DNA from: Eledone cirrhosa
Lineage: Eukaryota
Assembly (NCBI GenBank): GCA_964016885.1
Contig: OZ024740.1
Coordinates: 425,382,001-425,446,000 of the forward strand
Direction of reading: 5' to 3'
Length of the DNA: 64,000 nt
Shown here: positions 39,855-53,816 of the stretch, piece by piece
Layout: each line of letters opens with the position of its first letter
Numbering within the stretch: position 1 is the first letter of the stretch
Position numbers and translations under genes: made by a program
Notes under the pieces: model-generated
Told to the model about the DNA's origin: nothing
Database searches by the model: none
What the model saw: only the letters and a program-made list of their open reading frames with translations

Positions 39855-42314
39855 CTATATATAGGGCTTAAAGTTTTGGAAGGAATGTCTGAGGCGGTGC
39901 TGGCAAGTTGCAAACACCTCAGATTTTTTGTTAAGTAGGTTACGGTTGGAGAAGATAATATTGTGTGTCTCTAGTATACAGAGGTTACAGAATTTATTAG
40001 GTGGTTTGTACGAGGTCGCGCTGCCTATCACTTCCCATTTGAGTGTGTATGGTTTATTTTTAGATTTTAGATAGTGTATGTAGCTAGAAAGTGAGGTGGA
40101 GTTGGCTAGGCTGTGCTTTTTGAACGAGTGGATGTGCGAGTTATATCTGATTTTGAAGCAGTTAGAAGTGGAGCCTACATAGGTTTCTGAAGAGTTATTA
40201 GTCGTGACTGTGCATGAGTATATGACATCCTTGGTTAGGCATTTTTTATCTAAAGGGCAGGTTCTATTAGCTCTACAGTTACAATTATTCTGTGCGTTAG
40301 TCCGCTGGTTATAATGCAATGCGGAAGTCTGTGTGGTGGATATAGGATTTTGGGTGTTCGGGTTGGCAACCCTGGTGTTATTACTTATACTAGTGTTATT
40401 TCTATTGTTACTGCCGTTGCTATTGTTGCTTGCTACAGTGGTATTTAGAGGGTTTGCATCCTGTTGTGATTTTGTTTGTTGGAAGTAAGAACTAATTTTA
40501 CTATTATTGCTGCTAGCTATGTGGTATGCTAAGTTAGGCGTCGTAGAGTATGAGATTTTAATGGTGTTTTTGTTTAAGAGGTTGTGGTACTTGTGTCCTA
40601 GAGGGAAGTTTTTATCTAGTAGTGAGAAGAAAGCCCTAGGTATGTTGGTGGAGACATTTAGGTTGAAAGGAGGGTTGAAAAATGTATTATTTCTTCTTCT
40701 ATTTTTGCTTTTAGTGTTTGGTGTGTTGCTTCCTCCTAAGGCCTCACAGTAGTTTCCATGGTAATGGTTACTTCCTGTGGCACCCTCCGCTTTGGTGTAC
40801 TTGTGGTTGCTATTCCTATTATTAGATTTCCTCATGGACATGTTGTGCGAGATTATGTTGTAGCTATGTGTTTTCTTAGGTAGGAACTCAATTTCTATAT
40901 TATGGCCGGAGCTAGCTAATGCTTGATTGTAATATTGTGAGTTTTTGCTAAATATGTTTGCGTCATAGGACAGACTAGAGATTCTATTGGACACCCCCTT
41001 AGAGATAGAGTTTAATATTGATCTAGGGTGATTAGACTTGGTATCTACGTAAATAAGTTTCTCATTAGGCTTATGGAAAGGTGTATATATTTTTGAGTCT
41101 AGGTATAGTGTGGCGTCTAGGAAGTTAACATTTTTAGTGTTTTTGTCCATGGTGATACTAAGGTTAAAGTTTTTGAATGTCTTATGCAGTTGTTTTCTAG
41201 TTCTTTCTATATTAAATTTTTTATATTCTATGAGTAGAAGTGCATCATCGCGGTACAAACCACCGTTGAGGTAAGGGAGGTCTTTATGGATTTCATTGAG
41301 GAGGTATAGGCCGACCAAATCAGTGACCTGCGCCGAGTCACTAGATCCCATGGTTATGTCGAAGTTGTTGTGCGTATCCTTGCGTGTCCATAGTTGGTCC
41401 TCGAAGGTGATTATGGTTTTACGGGCCGCAAGGATGACATCAACCTGGGCTCTAGTCAGGTCGCTATTGGTCATGGCCATGATAAGTGCCTTATTTAATA
41501 GGATAGGGGAAATAGAGGTGTAGTATGAATTGATATCAAATTGAATAAATTTTTTGTTCTTATTATTCTTGATATCCTTAAACCATTCAATTACTTCACC
41601 CGTATTTCCCCATTGTTTAAGGTGTATCTTGTGTTTAATTTGTGGGATGATTTTATCCAAAATCTTCTTGCTGATAATACCAATGTCGGACTTGGAAGGG
41701 CAGATAAGTCTTATCGTGGGGTTGCTGATGAAGTTCTCCTTATGGTCCTTCAGAGAGAATCTAGGGTGGTTCGGAGTGAAAGGTTGTGTATGCCTCTGTA
41801 GTCCTAGTTTAGACACTATATTATAACCCTCTACATTAATATCTTCTAAGTTTTTCAAGGTGGTTTTTTTGTAGCTTTTATGTAGTTCATTATATATAAA
41901 CTTTCTATAAGTAATATAATCTAGGCTGTATATGTTATTAGTTTTATCTGCGTGTACAATAATTTTATTACTAGTTTTGAATCCACTAATAGAAGTGTTA
42001 AGTTTGTTTAAGAAGGTGTTGCTTCTAATATGGTGCTTATTGTATTTAATGTTCGTAACTAGTTTAACTAGGTCATTTTCAAAGGAGTTAAGTAGAGTGT
42101 TATGAGGGGGGCTTTTAAAGGTTTTAAAGCCGAAGGAGTCAAAATTGTTAGTATTATTCAAGTTGTTAGATTTGTTTCTATCATAATGGAATGTCCTCCA
42201 TCTCACTCTATTGATAAATGAATTTACACTGTTGATCAGCAATTTCTCATATGTATTCCTGGATGGTATTGGTATGTTCTTGGTTGACATGGGGAGTTGG
42301 TCTTTGATTAGCAT
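39855..42314 (-). CDS. Intact Penelope-like reverse transcriptase / GIY-YIG endonuclease, 819 aa (possibly Nematis-like)
   Basis: Uninterrupted ATG ORF; RT motifs FDINSYYTSI, MGSSDS, LYRDD, FLD; Cys linker CNCR...CPL..KC; GIY-YIG VIY..YVG..RY..H, CNLCILE, LLNK. Confidence 0.92.
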   Translation of the reverse strand: MLIKDQLPMSTKNIPIPSRNTYEKLLINSVNSFINRVRWRTFHYDRNKSNNLNNTNNFDSFGFKTFKSPPHNTLLNSFENDLVKLVTNIKYNKHHIRSNTFLNKLNTSISGFKTSNKIIVHADKTNNIYSLDYITYRKFIYNELHKSYKKTTLKNLEDINVEGYNIVSKLGLQRHTQPFTPNHPRFSLKDHKENFISNPTIRLICPSKSDIGIISKKILDKIIPQIKHKIHLKQWGNTGEVIEWFKDIKNNKNKKFIQFDINSYYTSISPILLNKALIMAMTNSDLTRAQVDVILAARKTIITFEDQLWTRKDTHNNFDITMGSSDSAQVTDLVGLYLLNEIHKDLPYLNGGLYRDDALLLIEYKKFNIERTRKQLHKTFKNFNLSITMDKNTKNVNFLDATLYLDSKIYTPFHKPNEKLIYVDTKSNHPRSILNSISKGVSNRISSLSYDANIFSKNSQYYNQALASSGHNIEIEFLPKKTHSYNIISHNMSMRKSNNRNSNHKYTKAEGATGSNHYHGNYCEALGGSNTPNTKSKNRRRNNTFFNPPFNLNVSTNIPRAFFSLLDKNFPLGHKYHNLLNKNTIKISYSTTPNLAYHIASSNNSKISSYFQQTKSQQDANPLNTTVASNNSNGSNNRNNTSISNNTRVANPNTQNPISTTQTSALHYNQRTNAQNNCNCRANRTCPLDKKCLTKDVIYSCTVTTNNSSETYVGSTSNCFKIRYNSHIHSFKKHSLANSTSLSSYIHYLKSKNKPYTLKWEVIGSATSYKPPNKFCNLCILETHNIIFSNRNLLNKKSEVFATCQHRLRHSFQNFKPYI

Positions 42315-42535
42315 ATTGGCAATATTATATGTCAGCTCAACGATATGGAGCAGTTAATAGTATTAGTTATACTATTTATGGTTATGTAAACACAAAACCT
42401 TAAGCAGTTGTAAGTATTTTACACACACCCTAAATAGTGGTAGGCAGTAATGTATTACTACCTTATTACCAGTAAGTTAAGTAGCTCAATGTAAAAACAT
42501 CAGATGATTTACAGAGCAGTTATATGAAATATAAG

Positions 42536-43222
42536 ACGCCTAACTTAGCATACCACATAGCTAGCAGCAATAATAGTAAAATTAGTTCTTACTTCCAACA
42601 AACAAAATCACAACAGGATGCAAACCCTCTAAATACCACTGTAGCAAGCAACAATAGCAACGGCAGTAACAATAGAAATAACACTAGTATAAGTAATAAC
42701 ACCAGGGTTGCCAACCCGAACACCCAAAATCCTATATCCACCACACAGACTTCCGCATTGCATTATAACCAGCGGACTAACGCACAGAATAATTGTAACT
42801 GTAGAGCTAATAGAACCTGCCCTTTAGATAAAAAATGCCTAACCAAGGATGTCATATACTCATGCACAGTCACGACTAATAACTCTTCAGAAACCTATGT
42901 AGGCTCCACTTCTAACTGCTTCAAAATCAGATATAACTCGCACATCCACTCGTTCAAAAAGCACAGCCTAGCCAACTCCACCTCACTTTCTAGCTACATA
43001 CACTATCTAAAATCTAAAAATAAACCATACACACTCAAATGGGAAGTGATAGGCAGCGCGACCTCGTACAAACCACCTAATAAATTCTGTAACCTCTGTA
43101 TACTAGAGACACACAATATTATCTTCTCCAACCGTAACCTACTTAACAAAAAATCTGAGGTGTTTGCAACTTGCCAGCACCGCCTCAGACATTCCTTCCA
43201 AAACTTTAAGCCCTATATATAG
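42536..43222 (+). pseudogene. Duplicated 3' part of the PLE ORF (linker + GIY-YIG only)
   Basis: Identical to the C-terminal ~228 aa of the 819-aa ORF; the ATG at 42524 comes from the inversion junction. Confidence 0.85.
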
Positions 43223-44664
43223 CAATGTCGGACTGGAACCTAACACCACATCTAGCATCAAACACCAGAAACACACCCTATACTACATACCCAACACTAG
43301 CTGATCCATTATAACACAAACAACGACATCCCTCTGGAACCCTTCGCAGGGAAAATACCCATTTATACCTCTACGGCAGGTGTGACAACATCCACCCACT
43401 TGATGGCACTACACCGCTCTAAGGGTAATTTGAGCATGAATTGATCGGTTGGATGGTGTTGGGCAGAGGAAACACCTTCCTTAGACAGATGTAAAATGAT
43501 TTAATCGAGTAGCGCTGTTGACCAGTAGGACCGGGCTGCTGAGCGCAGTGAGTGAATGCAATGCAACTGCCGTGCGGGTTGTACGTATATGGATGATCTG
43601 ACGGTCAGAGAGGGGTCGCGAGGACTGCGGATTGACCTTTGGCCTGCCTGGGGACGATTATCTTTCGACATCCAATGTAGCAAGCGATGACCCAGATCTT
43701 ACCAGAGATCATTGGGTCCTGAAGCAATCCTGCAATCACCGCGCCTGGTCATATGAGCAGACTACAACCACAGAGATCATTAATTTAGAATCCTCGCTCA
43801 TCATCTATAATTTCCATTTGTAGCACCTTAAGATGGGTTAATCCACCTTAATAATAATATGATCACCTTCAGCATAATTTAGTTAAACTACTCTATAGTT
43901 AGTACACTTTATGCTTTAAAAGTCTCTCTTGGAAGGTGCACCTCACCATAGAATTTAGGGTCTATATTGGGACACATTTTAATGGCTAGATATAGAAACC
44001 CCAGAGTTACCTCCCCGCATGCATTAACTCCCCTTAGCCACACACACACTTCCGGTATTCAATGGCGTTTCTCGAAACGTAACAACCTCCTGTATCGAAC
44101 TAAAGAACACCAGACTACGATCTCTAACTGGATTGTCGTGGATTATGTGAAAGGCATATAATCGAAATATACACTCCCTTGACCATGAAAATGCCGAAGT
44201 ACATGAATTACTTGACATCCCTGCGCTGTGCATCTCCAATACTTATAACACTTTTAATGCTTGCACTATCTTTAATGCTTATAATATTTCTCCACACACA
44301 GACTATATCAATCATATAAAGACTTTGCCACCAGACCTACCAACCTAACACTCTTATTTACCTACCTAAGTGCCTCTACCACACATATCTCTCTGCCACA
44401 CTATATAAACAAGACGCACATGCGTGCCACACATATAACATTTGCACTATATAACCACTTATCTTCATGTTGTACTTTAACCTATATCTTTGATTTTTGA
44501 TTGTACCTATTAATATAAATGTAATCTCGAAGTGTGTACTGCCACTCTAAATTCTGTAATGAATGTTGACCCACAATGTTTGAATATGTATCAATGTTTG
44601 AATATGTATTTGGTATGTCTCTCGGCTGAAAAGGAGGTCATATAACTGTCCATACATTAATAAA

Positions 44665-44712
44665 TTGCTCCGAAGAATCCAAACCTCGGTTTGGAGGAAA
44701 CAGCTGTAAGCA
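44665..44712 (+). ncRNA. PLE minimal hammerhead ribozyme (CCGAAGA core)
   Basis: tgct-CCGAAGA-a-tccaaac/ctcg/gtttgga-g-GAAA-cagctg-TA-agca; predicted cleavage after 44708. Confidence 0.72.
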
Positions 44713-44930
44713 CAATAATGTTTTGAACAGTTCTTTGATTCTTATATTTCATATAACTGCTCTGTAAATCATCTGATGTTTTTACATTGAGCTACTTAAC
44801 TTACTGGTAATAAGGTAGTAATACATTACTGCCTACCACTATTTAGGGTGTGTGTAAAATACTTACAACTGCTTAAGGTTTTGTGTTTACATAACCATAA
44901 ATAGTATAACTAATACTATATATATATATA

Positions 44931-44995
44931 TTTATTAAAATAACAGATTAAAGTTCAAGCAAAGAATCGCTGCTTTCACCCTTAACGGGATCTTC
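44931..44995 (-). mobile_element. Mini-element family 3 fragment with truncated HHR
   Basis: Minus strand GAAGA-tccc/gttaa/gggt-GAAA-gcagc; the copy at 29069 reads GAAAgcagcTA. Confidence 0.55.
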
Positions 44996-45196
44996 TATAT
45001 ATTTAATATAGAAAGGCTTCTAAAGGACTAGAACTGTTTCATTCCGGAGAAATCATCAGGAATCATCCTGATGATTTCTTCCGAATGAAACAGTTCTAGT
45101 CCTGGAGAAACCTTTCTATATTAAATATATATACTTTGCTTTGTATTGAGTACCTTAATTTCTGTGGTTACCCCCGATTGAACCCGACTAAACTTA
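44996..45196. mobile_element. Mini-element family 2 hairpin with HHRs
   Basis: Homologous to 21398-21596 in the opposite orientation; CTGATGA on both arms. Confidence 0.8.
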
Positions 45197-45391
45197 TATA
45201 TATATATAGAGAGAGAGAGGTCAAAATGACTGTAACTACAGATAATACTTCTTCGAAGACACCTTATGCGTTGAGCACCTAAGGCCAACACTATAAGACT
45301 CACGCCTCTCGCTGAAACCATCTTTTCCAGGCCACATTTAGTTCTAACAATGTTATCGTCCACAAAATAAACAAGTGGAAACCAACATTTT

Positions 45392-45483
45392 TGACAGCTG
45401 AGCGGACCAGAGCAACATCGAATAACGTCTTGCTCAAGGACACAGCGTGAGCTGAATACCCTAACCACAAGGCCACGTGCTTT
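45392..45483 (-). mobile_element. SINE family A fragment
   Basis: Minus strand gtggccttgtggttagggtattc...gtgtccttgagcaagac. Confidence 0.65.
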
Positions 45484-45514
45484 CACATACACACACACAC
45501 ACATACACACACAC

Positions 45515-45556
<42 letters not shown>

Positions 45557-45557
45557 C

Positions 45558-45640
<83 letters not shown>

Positions 45641-45756
45641 GTGTGTGTGTGTATCAAACTTCCACTATATGCAAATAATCATCATCAAAAATGTGGCATT
45701 TTGAAAATCTATCTAAAAGAAACATTAGGTTCTCTACCCCTGAGCAAATGAGTAAA

Positions 45757-45800
45757 GGTCACTGATGATGGATTAATGATTCTGAAATACTAGTATCGTG
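45757..45800 (+). ncRNA. Hammerhead-like motif, weak stem I
   Basis: CTGATGA-tggattaatgattct-GAAA-tactagta-TC; palindromic stem III. Confidence 0.45.
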
Positions 45801-45974
45801 TATTCTAACACGGTGACAGAAGTAACAGTGAGACGATAGATATTATATATGCTGGTATATACACCTTTTTGCTTTCACTCTCTCTCAATACATACACACA
45901 TACACACACACACACACACTCACATATATATATATGTATATATATGTGTATGTGTGTGTGTGTATACATATATA

Positions 45975-46163
<189 letters not shown>

Positions 46164-46678
46164 TATATTTATGTATACATAACTATATCTATCTATATAT
46201 ATATATACATTTATATGCCTGCGTGTGTGAATGACTATAGTAATGTATTTTTCTGTGTGGTTTATTCGTTCCATTTTGCACCATTTACATTATCTATAGC
46301 TGAATGTATCACAATATGTCATGTGATATAAGAAACATGATAGTCTTCATATCTTTATAGTATTTACTCACAACATGTTATATTTTAGTATCAAGCAGTT
46401 AATATTTACGCTTTAGCAGTAATTAAATTCATACTTACATTAACACAGTAATTTTCTCTTTGTTGGCTCTTTTAAAAGAAGGATGTGAATAATTATAGTT
46501 CTTTGTTGTTTTTAGTGTTGATATGTGGATTATTGGTAAGAAAGGTTGTTGGACTTACGATAATGTGTGTGTGTGTGACAACTCACACCTATGCAGGTTT
46601 AGCTGGCCTCCTCCAAGGTATATCTCGTTGGAGGTGTCTTGGGTAATTTAATGATAGGGATCCCAGTCTTATCATCTC

Positions 46679-46785
46679 ATTTCTGCAGCTGAGTAAAGTG
46701 GAGCAACGTGAAATAAAATGAGAATTGAACTCACAACCTTTCGATTGCAAGCCCAATGCTCTAACAACTAAGCCATGCGCCTTCA
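46679..46785 (-). mobile_element. SINE family A fragment
   Basis: Minus strand ggcgcatggcttagttgttagagc...gagttcaattc...tttcacgttgctccac. Confidence 0.7.
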
Positions 46786-46914
46786 CTTACAATCATACAG
46801 TTGTGCGTTCGATTCTTTGACTGAGTTTTGTTCAGTATTCATTATATGTTTCGGACAGTACTTTGGACATTTCTTAAATAAATAAATAAATAAATATATT
46901 TTCCAAAAGAAAAT

Positions 46915-47670
46915 AATGAGTTACTCTAGAACTGATCTACAAGACTTTCTGAATGTACTGGCCAAACATTCGCTGGAGGCTGGCTTACACACCAACATCT
47001 CCAAAACAAAATGTATGACAACTGATAAAAAGAATACCAATCTCCAACTCACAATCTACAACCAGTAAATTGCTCAAGTTACGGAGTTTGTATATCTCGG
47101 TCACAAACTATCATCAAACAACAATGGAATGGTTGCTGTGCAGTATCGCATTGCTCTAGGTTGGGCAGCTTTCAACAAGAACAAGGAAGTACTAACATCA
47201 AAACGAGTTTCCTATCATTTGAAGGCTAAGATCTCTGATACTTACATCCTACCAGTTGTGTTATATGGTCTTGGTTGTGTTAATTGGACGACAAGGTCAC
47301 TTCAGAAGCTCTCTACATTCCAGAACCACATCATGAGGCTTATGACTGGCAAGCGGCTCAGCGACCGTATCTATCAGTGAGCTGCTCAACATTACCATAC
47401 TTAGACCAATACATCAACTGTCAATACTCAAACTATACGGTCATATAAAAAGATCAACTCGTGGTGTGAGTAGGTTATGCCTGGAAGGAAGGTTGACTGG
47501 TAAGAGAAGCAGAGGCCGGCAGACAAAACGATGGCTTGATAATATCAACTTATGGATTGGACTTGATCTTTGCTCTTTAAACTCTGCTGCTGGTGATCGA
47601 ACTTTGCTGAGAAAAATATGTCATGTTGATGCGCAGTCTGCACCTGGCGGAGTTTAATGTCACAAGAAAG
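46915..47670 (+). mobile_element. RTE-clade LINE 3' fragment, decayed
   Basis: GLHTNISKTKCM, EFVYLG, RIALGWAAF, ILPVVLYG, GKRSRGRQTKRW across broken frames. Confidence 0.82.
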
Positions 47671-47679
47671 GTATCAAGA

Positions 47680-47895
47680 CGCGTAGCCACGTGGTGTGTT
47701 GAACTAACGATCACAATGTTGGCTTGATTCCTGGATTAAGTTGTGTGTTGTGTTCTTGAGCAAAACATTTCATTTCATGTTGCTTCAATATACTCAGCTG
47801 AAAATGAGTACCAGCAATAGCTGGGGGTTTAACCCTACGATTGACTGGCATTCAGTCCTGGGGGAAGTGATCTTGTACTCTCAATTGCTTCACGC
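47680..47895 (+). mobile_element. SINE family A, diverged
   Basis: tgtgttcttgagcaaaacatttcatttcatgttgct...ctcagctgaaaatgagtacc. Confidence 0.6.
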
Positions 47896-48172
47896 TATGA
47901 CCATCATATCGACGGCAAGAGCTCAACCGACGGACACTAACTCTTTACAATACCTACACTCTATTTCCCCCAGTATTGAGTGTTTGGTCTAACTAGTTTA
48001 AACTGGTAACTTCCAATCAATTTATTCCCCTCTCTCTCACTCTTTCCTCTCTCTCTTTCTCTTTCTCTCTCTCTCTCTCTCCCCCCTCTCTCTCTCTCTC
48101 TCTCACTATATATATATATAATTTATGTAAGGCTGGTTATCAATGGGTAGTTTGGGTTGGTAAACAATGATG

Positions 48173-48248
<76 letters not shown>

Positions 48249-49104
48249 GTATATATATATCGAAGAAAGAGAGTGAGTGTGACAATGAGAAACACATCAT
48301 GTGGAAGCGACAAGAAAAGATAAAAGATTTGTTATAGTAAATCTAAACAATGTCAAACTAATTATTATTCCTGGTAAATTGGAGAGAATGTAGAAATATT
48401 ATATATCGTCTCTGTACATTTGTCATATAAGCGATATCATTTACAATTATATCTTAAAGTCTGCAGATATGGATTATATACCTTGTATTGATAAACTGTT
48501 TATGCTTTCACTACTACTTCAATCATAATTGTTGAGTGGAAAGTTCAAGAACTTGTATTCTATTTTTAAGCACATACTTTCATGGTTATTTATAACGATC
48601 ACCTATTTAGCCATTGTACGCGGTGTATTTAACATTTCATGCTACTTTGCATTTTAATTTTAGCTGTCCGGAAAACTAACTAAATTTACTGTATGAATTT
48701 CAATGCTTAACTTGCTTGATTTATGATCATAGTTCTATTAACTTCTACAGAGTCACCGATAAGAGAAAACGAGTAAGTTTAAGTGTCAATTACAATCAAG
48801 AGGAAACCAATTATTACCTTCATATGGATATTAAAGAAAACTGAGACAGAATTAGATGAACTGAATGATAAATTATATCTAAAACTCTGCGGTACCTAGG
48901 TGCTTTGGGTTCAATTCTTTGGGGAGTCAACTTTACATATCCCCTTACAATTTAACAATAAACAATTTGACTGTTGATTAAACAATCTATACATTCTTTC
49001 ATGCTAAGAAATATTGACCTCCTACATGAGCTTACGAAATATATAGTTGCTATCTTATATCATAATATTTATAGCAATAACTGCTTCATATTCATATAAA
49101 ATAT

Positions 49105-49281
49105 AATTGTTTCTACTTTTGGCACAAGGCCAGAAATTATCTCAGTGTATTACTGGTACATTAATTTATCGACCCCATAAGGATGAAAGGCAAAGTTAAC
49201 CTCGACGGGATTTGAACTCAGACCGTAAAGGGAGTAACTATGCTAGAAAGCATGGCGTCCAACCCTCTACCGATACTGCCA
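49105..49281 (-). mobile_element. tRNA-derived SINE family B
   Basis: Reverse complement of the 37125-37317 type. Confidence 0.8.
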
Positions 49282-49589
49282 ATTCATATAATCATAGTAA
49301 ATTAGATTTCTTGTACAATGTTATTTTGTTCTACCTAATTTAAGGTATCTTCCTCTTTGCCCAATTATTCCTGAGAGGATTGTGGTGGTAGATCCTCAAA
49401 CACTCCTTCCAGCGGGTCCTGTTACAAGCAACCGTCTCCAAATAATGTGGCTGGATCCTCAAGCGAGATCAGCCAACTTCATGGATGTTATCTAATTTAA
49501 GATATGTGATATCTAATTCTCGATACATACGACATCAGATCCTGTGAAGTTACACATCAATGTGGCAATTGGTGGACTGTATGATCAAT

Positions 49590-49724
49590 GGTATATAGTA
49601 TGTTATCAGGTGTATAGTATGATAACTGGTATATAGTATGTTAACAGGTGTACAGTATGGTAACTGGTATATAGTATAATAACTGATGTATAGTGTGGTA
49701 CCTGGTGTATAGTATGGCAACAGG
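49590..49724. repeat. Degenerate ~20-bp minisatellite interrupted by the hAT element (resumes at 55835-55860)
   Basis: (tatagtatggtaactggtg)-like units on both sides of the insertion. Confidence 0.7.
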
Positions 49725-50187
49725 CAGTGGCGGACTGGCCAGGCTGCCAGGCTGTCCAATGGCATGTGGGCTCCAGAGGGGCCCACGGTAGTATTGCAAG
49801 AGCCCACAGCAGCGTTGCAAGGCGCGCTGTAGTATTTTAGGGGCCAATACTTTGCTTTAAAAAAATACCTGAAATCTGAGAGAAAGAATAACAATTTTTA
49901 AAAATAAATAAACCAATTAAGCAAAGCATTTGGTCAACCAATTCCCCAGGGAATTACTAGAAACCAAAATATACAATGGTGCAAATAGCTGGAAACAGTG
50001 GTTGTACATTCTACTAAATTTAAAGCTTAGTGTATTCATTCCTGCATGCAAACATACATATATAGACACAGGCACACAAGCATATATATATATATATATA
50101 GTAATAATAATAAATATGAAGACTAAAATCCAAAGAGGGCTCGATAAGCATAAATATATAACAAATATATAAGAACCGTAGAGCAAA

Positions 50188-50231
<44 letters not shown>

Positions 50232-50390
50232 GGAAAATCTGCTTCGTAGAATAGAGACGTATCCAAGGACCGCGCGATTTCAGAGTCAGGTTTGATCACC
50301 ACATCGATCGTGCCTCGAGCTGGTCGCCTGAGAAACAATTGTAATATGTCCAATAAATCCTTTCGTTGCAACACTGATTCTCTTTTTTCT

Positions 50391-50453
<63 letters not shown>

Positions 50454-50702
50454 CCTGATTGTTTTTACGTTGCTTCGGTGTTGTGGCTAGGCATGCTTGC
50501 CACAGTTTTCAATTTGTCCTGCTATCTAACGTATGTTATTACTCTGAGCACAGCTCATGGAGTGCTTGGCTGCATAAATTCCTGAATGTATTTCGTTAGC
50601 TTGGCTACAGCCGAAACATCCATTTTACTAAACTTCCACTTGTGTGTATATATATATACAATACTATTAAATAAATGGAAACTATATTTATAAAACCATA
50701 TT

Positions 50703-50767
50703 TATTTTATTATGTATATTTCAAGGGTAACCAAGACAACATTCGTACGATTTCATCAGATAAAATA
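50703..50767 (-). ncRNA. Hammerhead ribozyme
   Basis: Minus strand tattttat-CTGATGA-aatcg...accctt-GAAA-tataca-TA-ataaaata. Confidence 0.65.
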
Positions 50768-51314
50768 CAAAGTTTCATACCCATGAAAATACATGAAAAT
50801 CATACATTATCGGTTGGAAATTCACTGGATAGTGGAAATATATTAGGGATTATTCAAACTTATGTGTGAATATGCAAATGAATATGTAAATAATTGAAAA
50901 ACAACCGTTTATTTAAATGACATTGGAGAAAGAGAGAGAGAAAGGGGATAAAGATAAAAAATATTACGAGAGAGATAGAGAGAAGAAATAGACAAGAGAA
51001 GATGAATATAACGTTAATTTGGGGGAAAATATATTCTAAGTATAAATCTAATATTATGTGTATTTACGATTATTAGTTGTTTAAAATTCGTTTATAATAT
51101 AATATTTTCTGTTATAAGTAGATAGATAAATAAATAAACTGTTGAGTGCTCTAAATCAGTTATAAACATTTATGTTTGTCGGACTTCCAACAAATTAAAT
51201 ACCACTTCTACTTATATATATAGTAGTTCGTGTGTAAGTATATAAATACTTACACACGAACTACTGTCAATTGGTTAAAGACATCTGCCAAATCAATTAG
51301 TGGTGAAGGTGGTG

Positions 51315-51420
<106 letters not shown>

Positions 51421-51485
51421 CACACATACACACACACACATACATATATATATATTGAGTGAGTGTGAAAGACAAAGGTCATTAT

Positions 51486-51594
51486 ATCCCGCCGAGGTTG
51501 ACTTTGCCTTTCATCCTTACGGGGTCGATAAAATAAAGTACCAGTAATGCACTGGGTATTTGCTGGCCTTGTGCCTAAAGTAGAAACAATTATT
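51486..51594 (+). mobile_element. SINE family B, 3' part
   Basis: atcccgccgaggttgactttgcctttcatccttacggggtcgataaaataaagtaccag. Confidence 0.8.
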
Positions 51595-51943
51595 GAAAGT
51601 CTCTGGATTTCACAAAATACATAATATTTTTTATTGGAGATGGTAAGATATTTTCCCGCAAAAAATTTGATTGCACTGTTTTACTTACACTTATTATTTT
51701 TTTTTTTAAATGTAATTTATTCATTATAAAAATTAAATGGTAGCATACTATATCTGGCAACAGATATTTTTAGACCTAGTCCGCCACTCTCAAGCGTGAA
51801 ACTAAGAACCATATCCTTTGTACTGCCTCTCTGTTTTTTGTTCTCTGTTCATTTTTTAAACTATATATATATCACTGTGCTCTAGGAGAGCATCGATGCT
51901 CATATGGCCTACCGCATACGGACACTTTAAGCATCCAACACCA

Positions 51944-52077
<134 letters not shown>

Positions 52078-52919
52078 GCCAATCATTGTAAGTTTGAATC
52101 TAACTGACATGTGACATGCAACATTATATAAAGGGATAAGGTAAGCCAAAATCATAGCAGATTCAAATATCACAGAGAGAAAAAGAGAGACAGGGCGGAG
52201 GTGGGGGGTACATTAATGTTTACAGGTTAAAATGTAGTCTAGATAGATGAGAAACAACACGAGGATGCATTTTATGGAACACCCAAATAACACCCAAATA
52301 ACATTAAGAAAGACATGAACGACACCACATCATTTTGATTTGAAAATTTTGAAAGTAGGTTTATAAGTATGAAGTTTCATAAAATTTTCGTAGTTGTCTC
52401 TGTGGCCTAGCGGTAGGTACTAGAGACGGCGGAGAACCTGGCCTTGGGTTCAATCCTGGTCAAGAGGTGCATATAACCTTTACCAATTTTTATTTTACAA
52501 CCAATAGAAAAAAACTGAAAAGGGTTACCTGGAACCCTCCTCCCGACCGGGATCGAACTTCCGACTAGGATCACCACCGTCTGTGGTTTTTCTCACATGT
52601 GAGAAAAACCACAGACCCTCCATCTCAACTCTACTTTTGAAAAGCGGAAGAACTGCGAAACCGGTAAAGGAACCAAATAAATATATATATTTTTTTTAAA
52701 ATAAGACTCCAGTTGCATTTTAGATTTCATCTTTTTTTCTTTATACTTTCACTAGTGTAGGACACCTCGGTTATTTTTCATTTTGTAAAAAAGCCTCACT
52801 TTCTAATATATATGTATATATAAAATATTATAAAAAGGAATAATAGATACAATATACCAATTTTTTTCTTAGTCCCGACTGTACAGTTTCGCTATATATA
52901 TATATAGTTATATATATAC

Positions 52920-53066
<147 letters not shown>

Positions 53067-53067
53067 C

Positions 53068-53122
<55 letters not shown>

Positions 53123-53129
53123 TATATAC

Positions 53130-53499
<370 letters not shown>

Positions 53500-53646
53500 C
53501 ATGCATACTCCAGTCCCACAAACTGTAGAGTGCTTCTTATCCGATATCTGCATTGCTTTATTGTACTACAATAAAATTCACCTCCTACATATATATATAT
53601 ATATATATATATACACACGAACTATATATATATATATATATAACTA

Positions 53647-53813
<167 letters not shown>

Positions 53814-53816
53814 GCA

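Larger units (their letters stand above)
38325..44917. mobile_element. Penelope-like element: full minus-strand copy plus inverted 3' partial copy with a head-to-tail extension, in (TA)n
   Basis: 38325-40541 is the reverse complement of 42536-44752; 44741-44917 is the reverse complement of ~42357-42535; (TA)n on both sides. Confidence 0.93.

Noticed and set aside
42524-43222. Stand-alone GIY-YIG nuclease gene
   Set aside because: Exact 3' duplicate of the PLE ORF; its start codon derives from the inversion junction.
38325-44752. Long inverted repeats as read fold-back artefacts
   Set aside because: Arms are asymmetric, carry a few mismatches and have PLE-typical extensions; read support should still be checked.
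52395-52470. tRNA gene (also the SINE heads elsewhere)
   Set aside because: A/B boxes are present but there is no complete cloverleaf.
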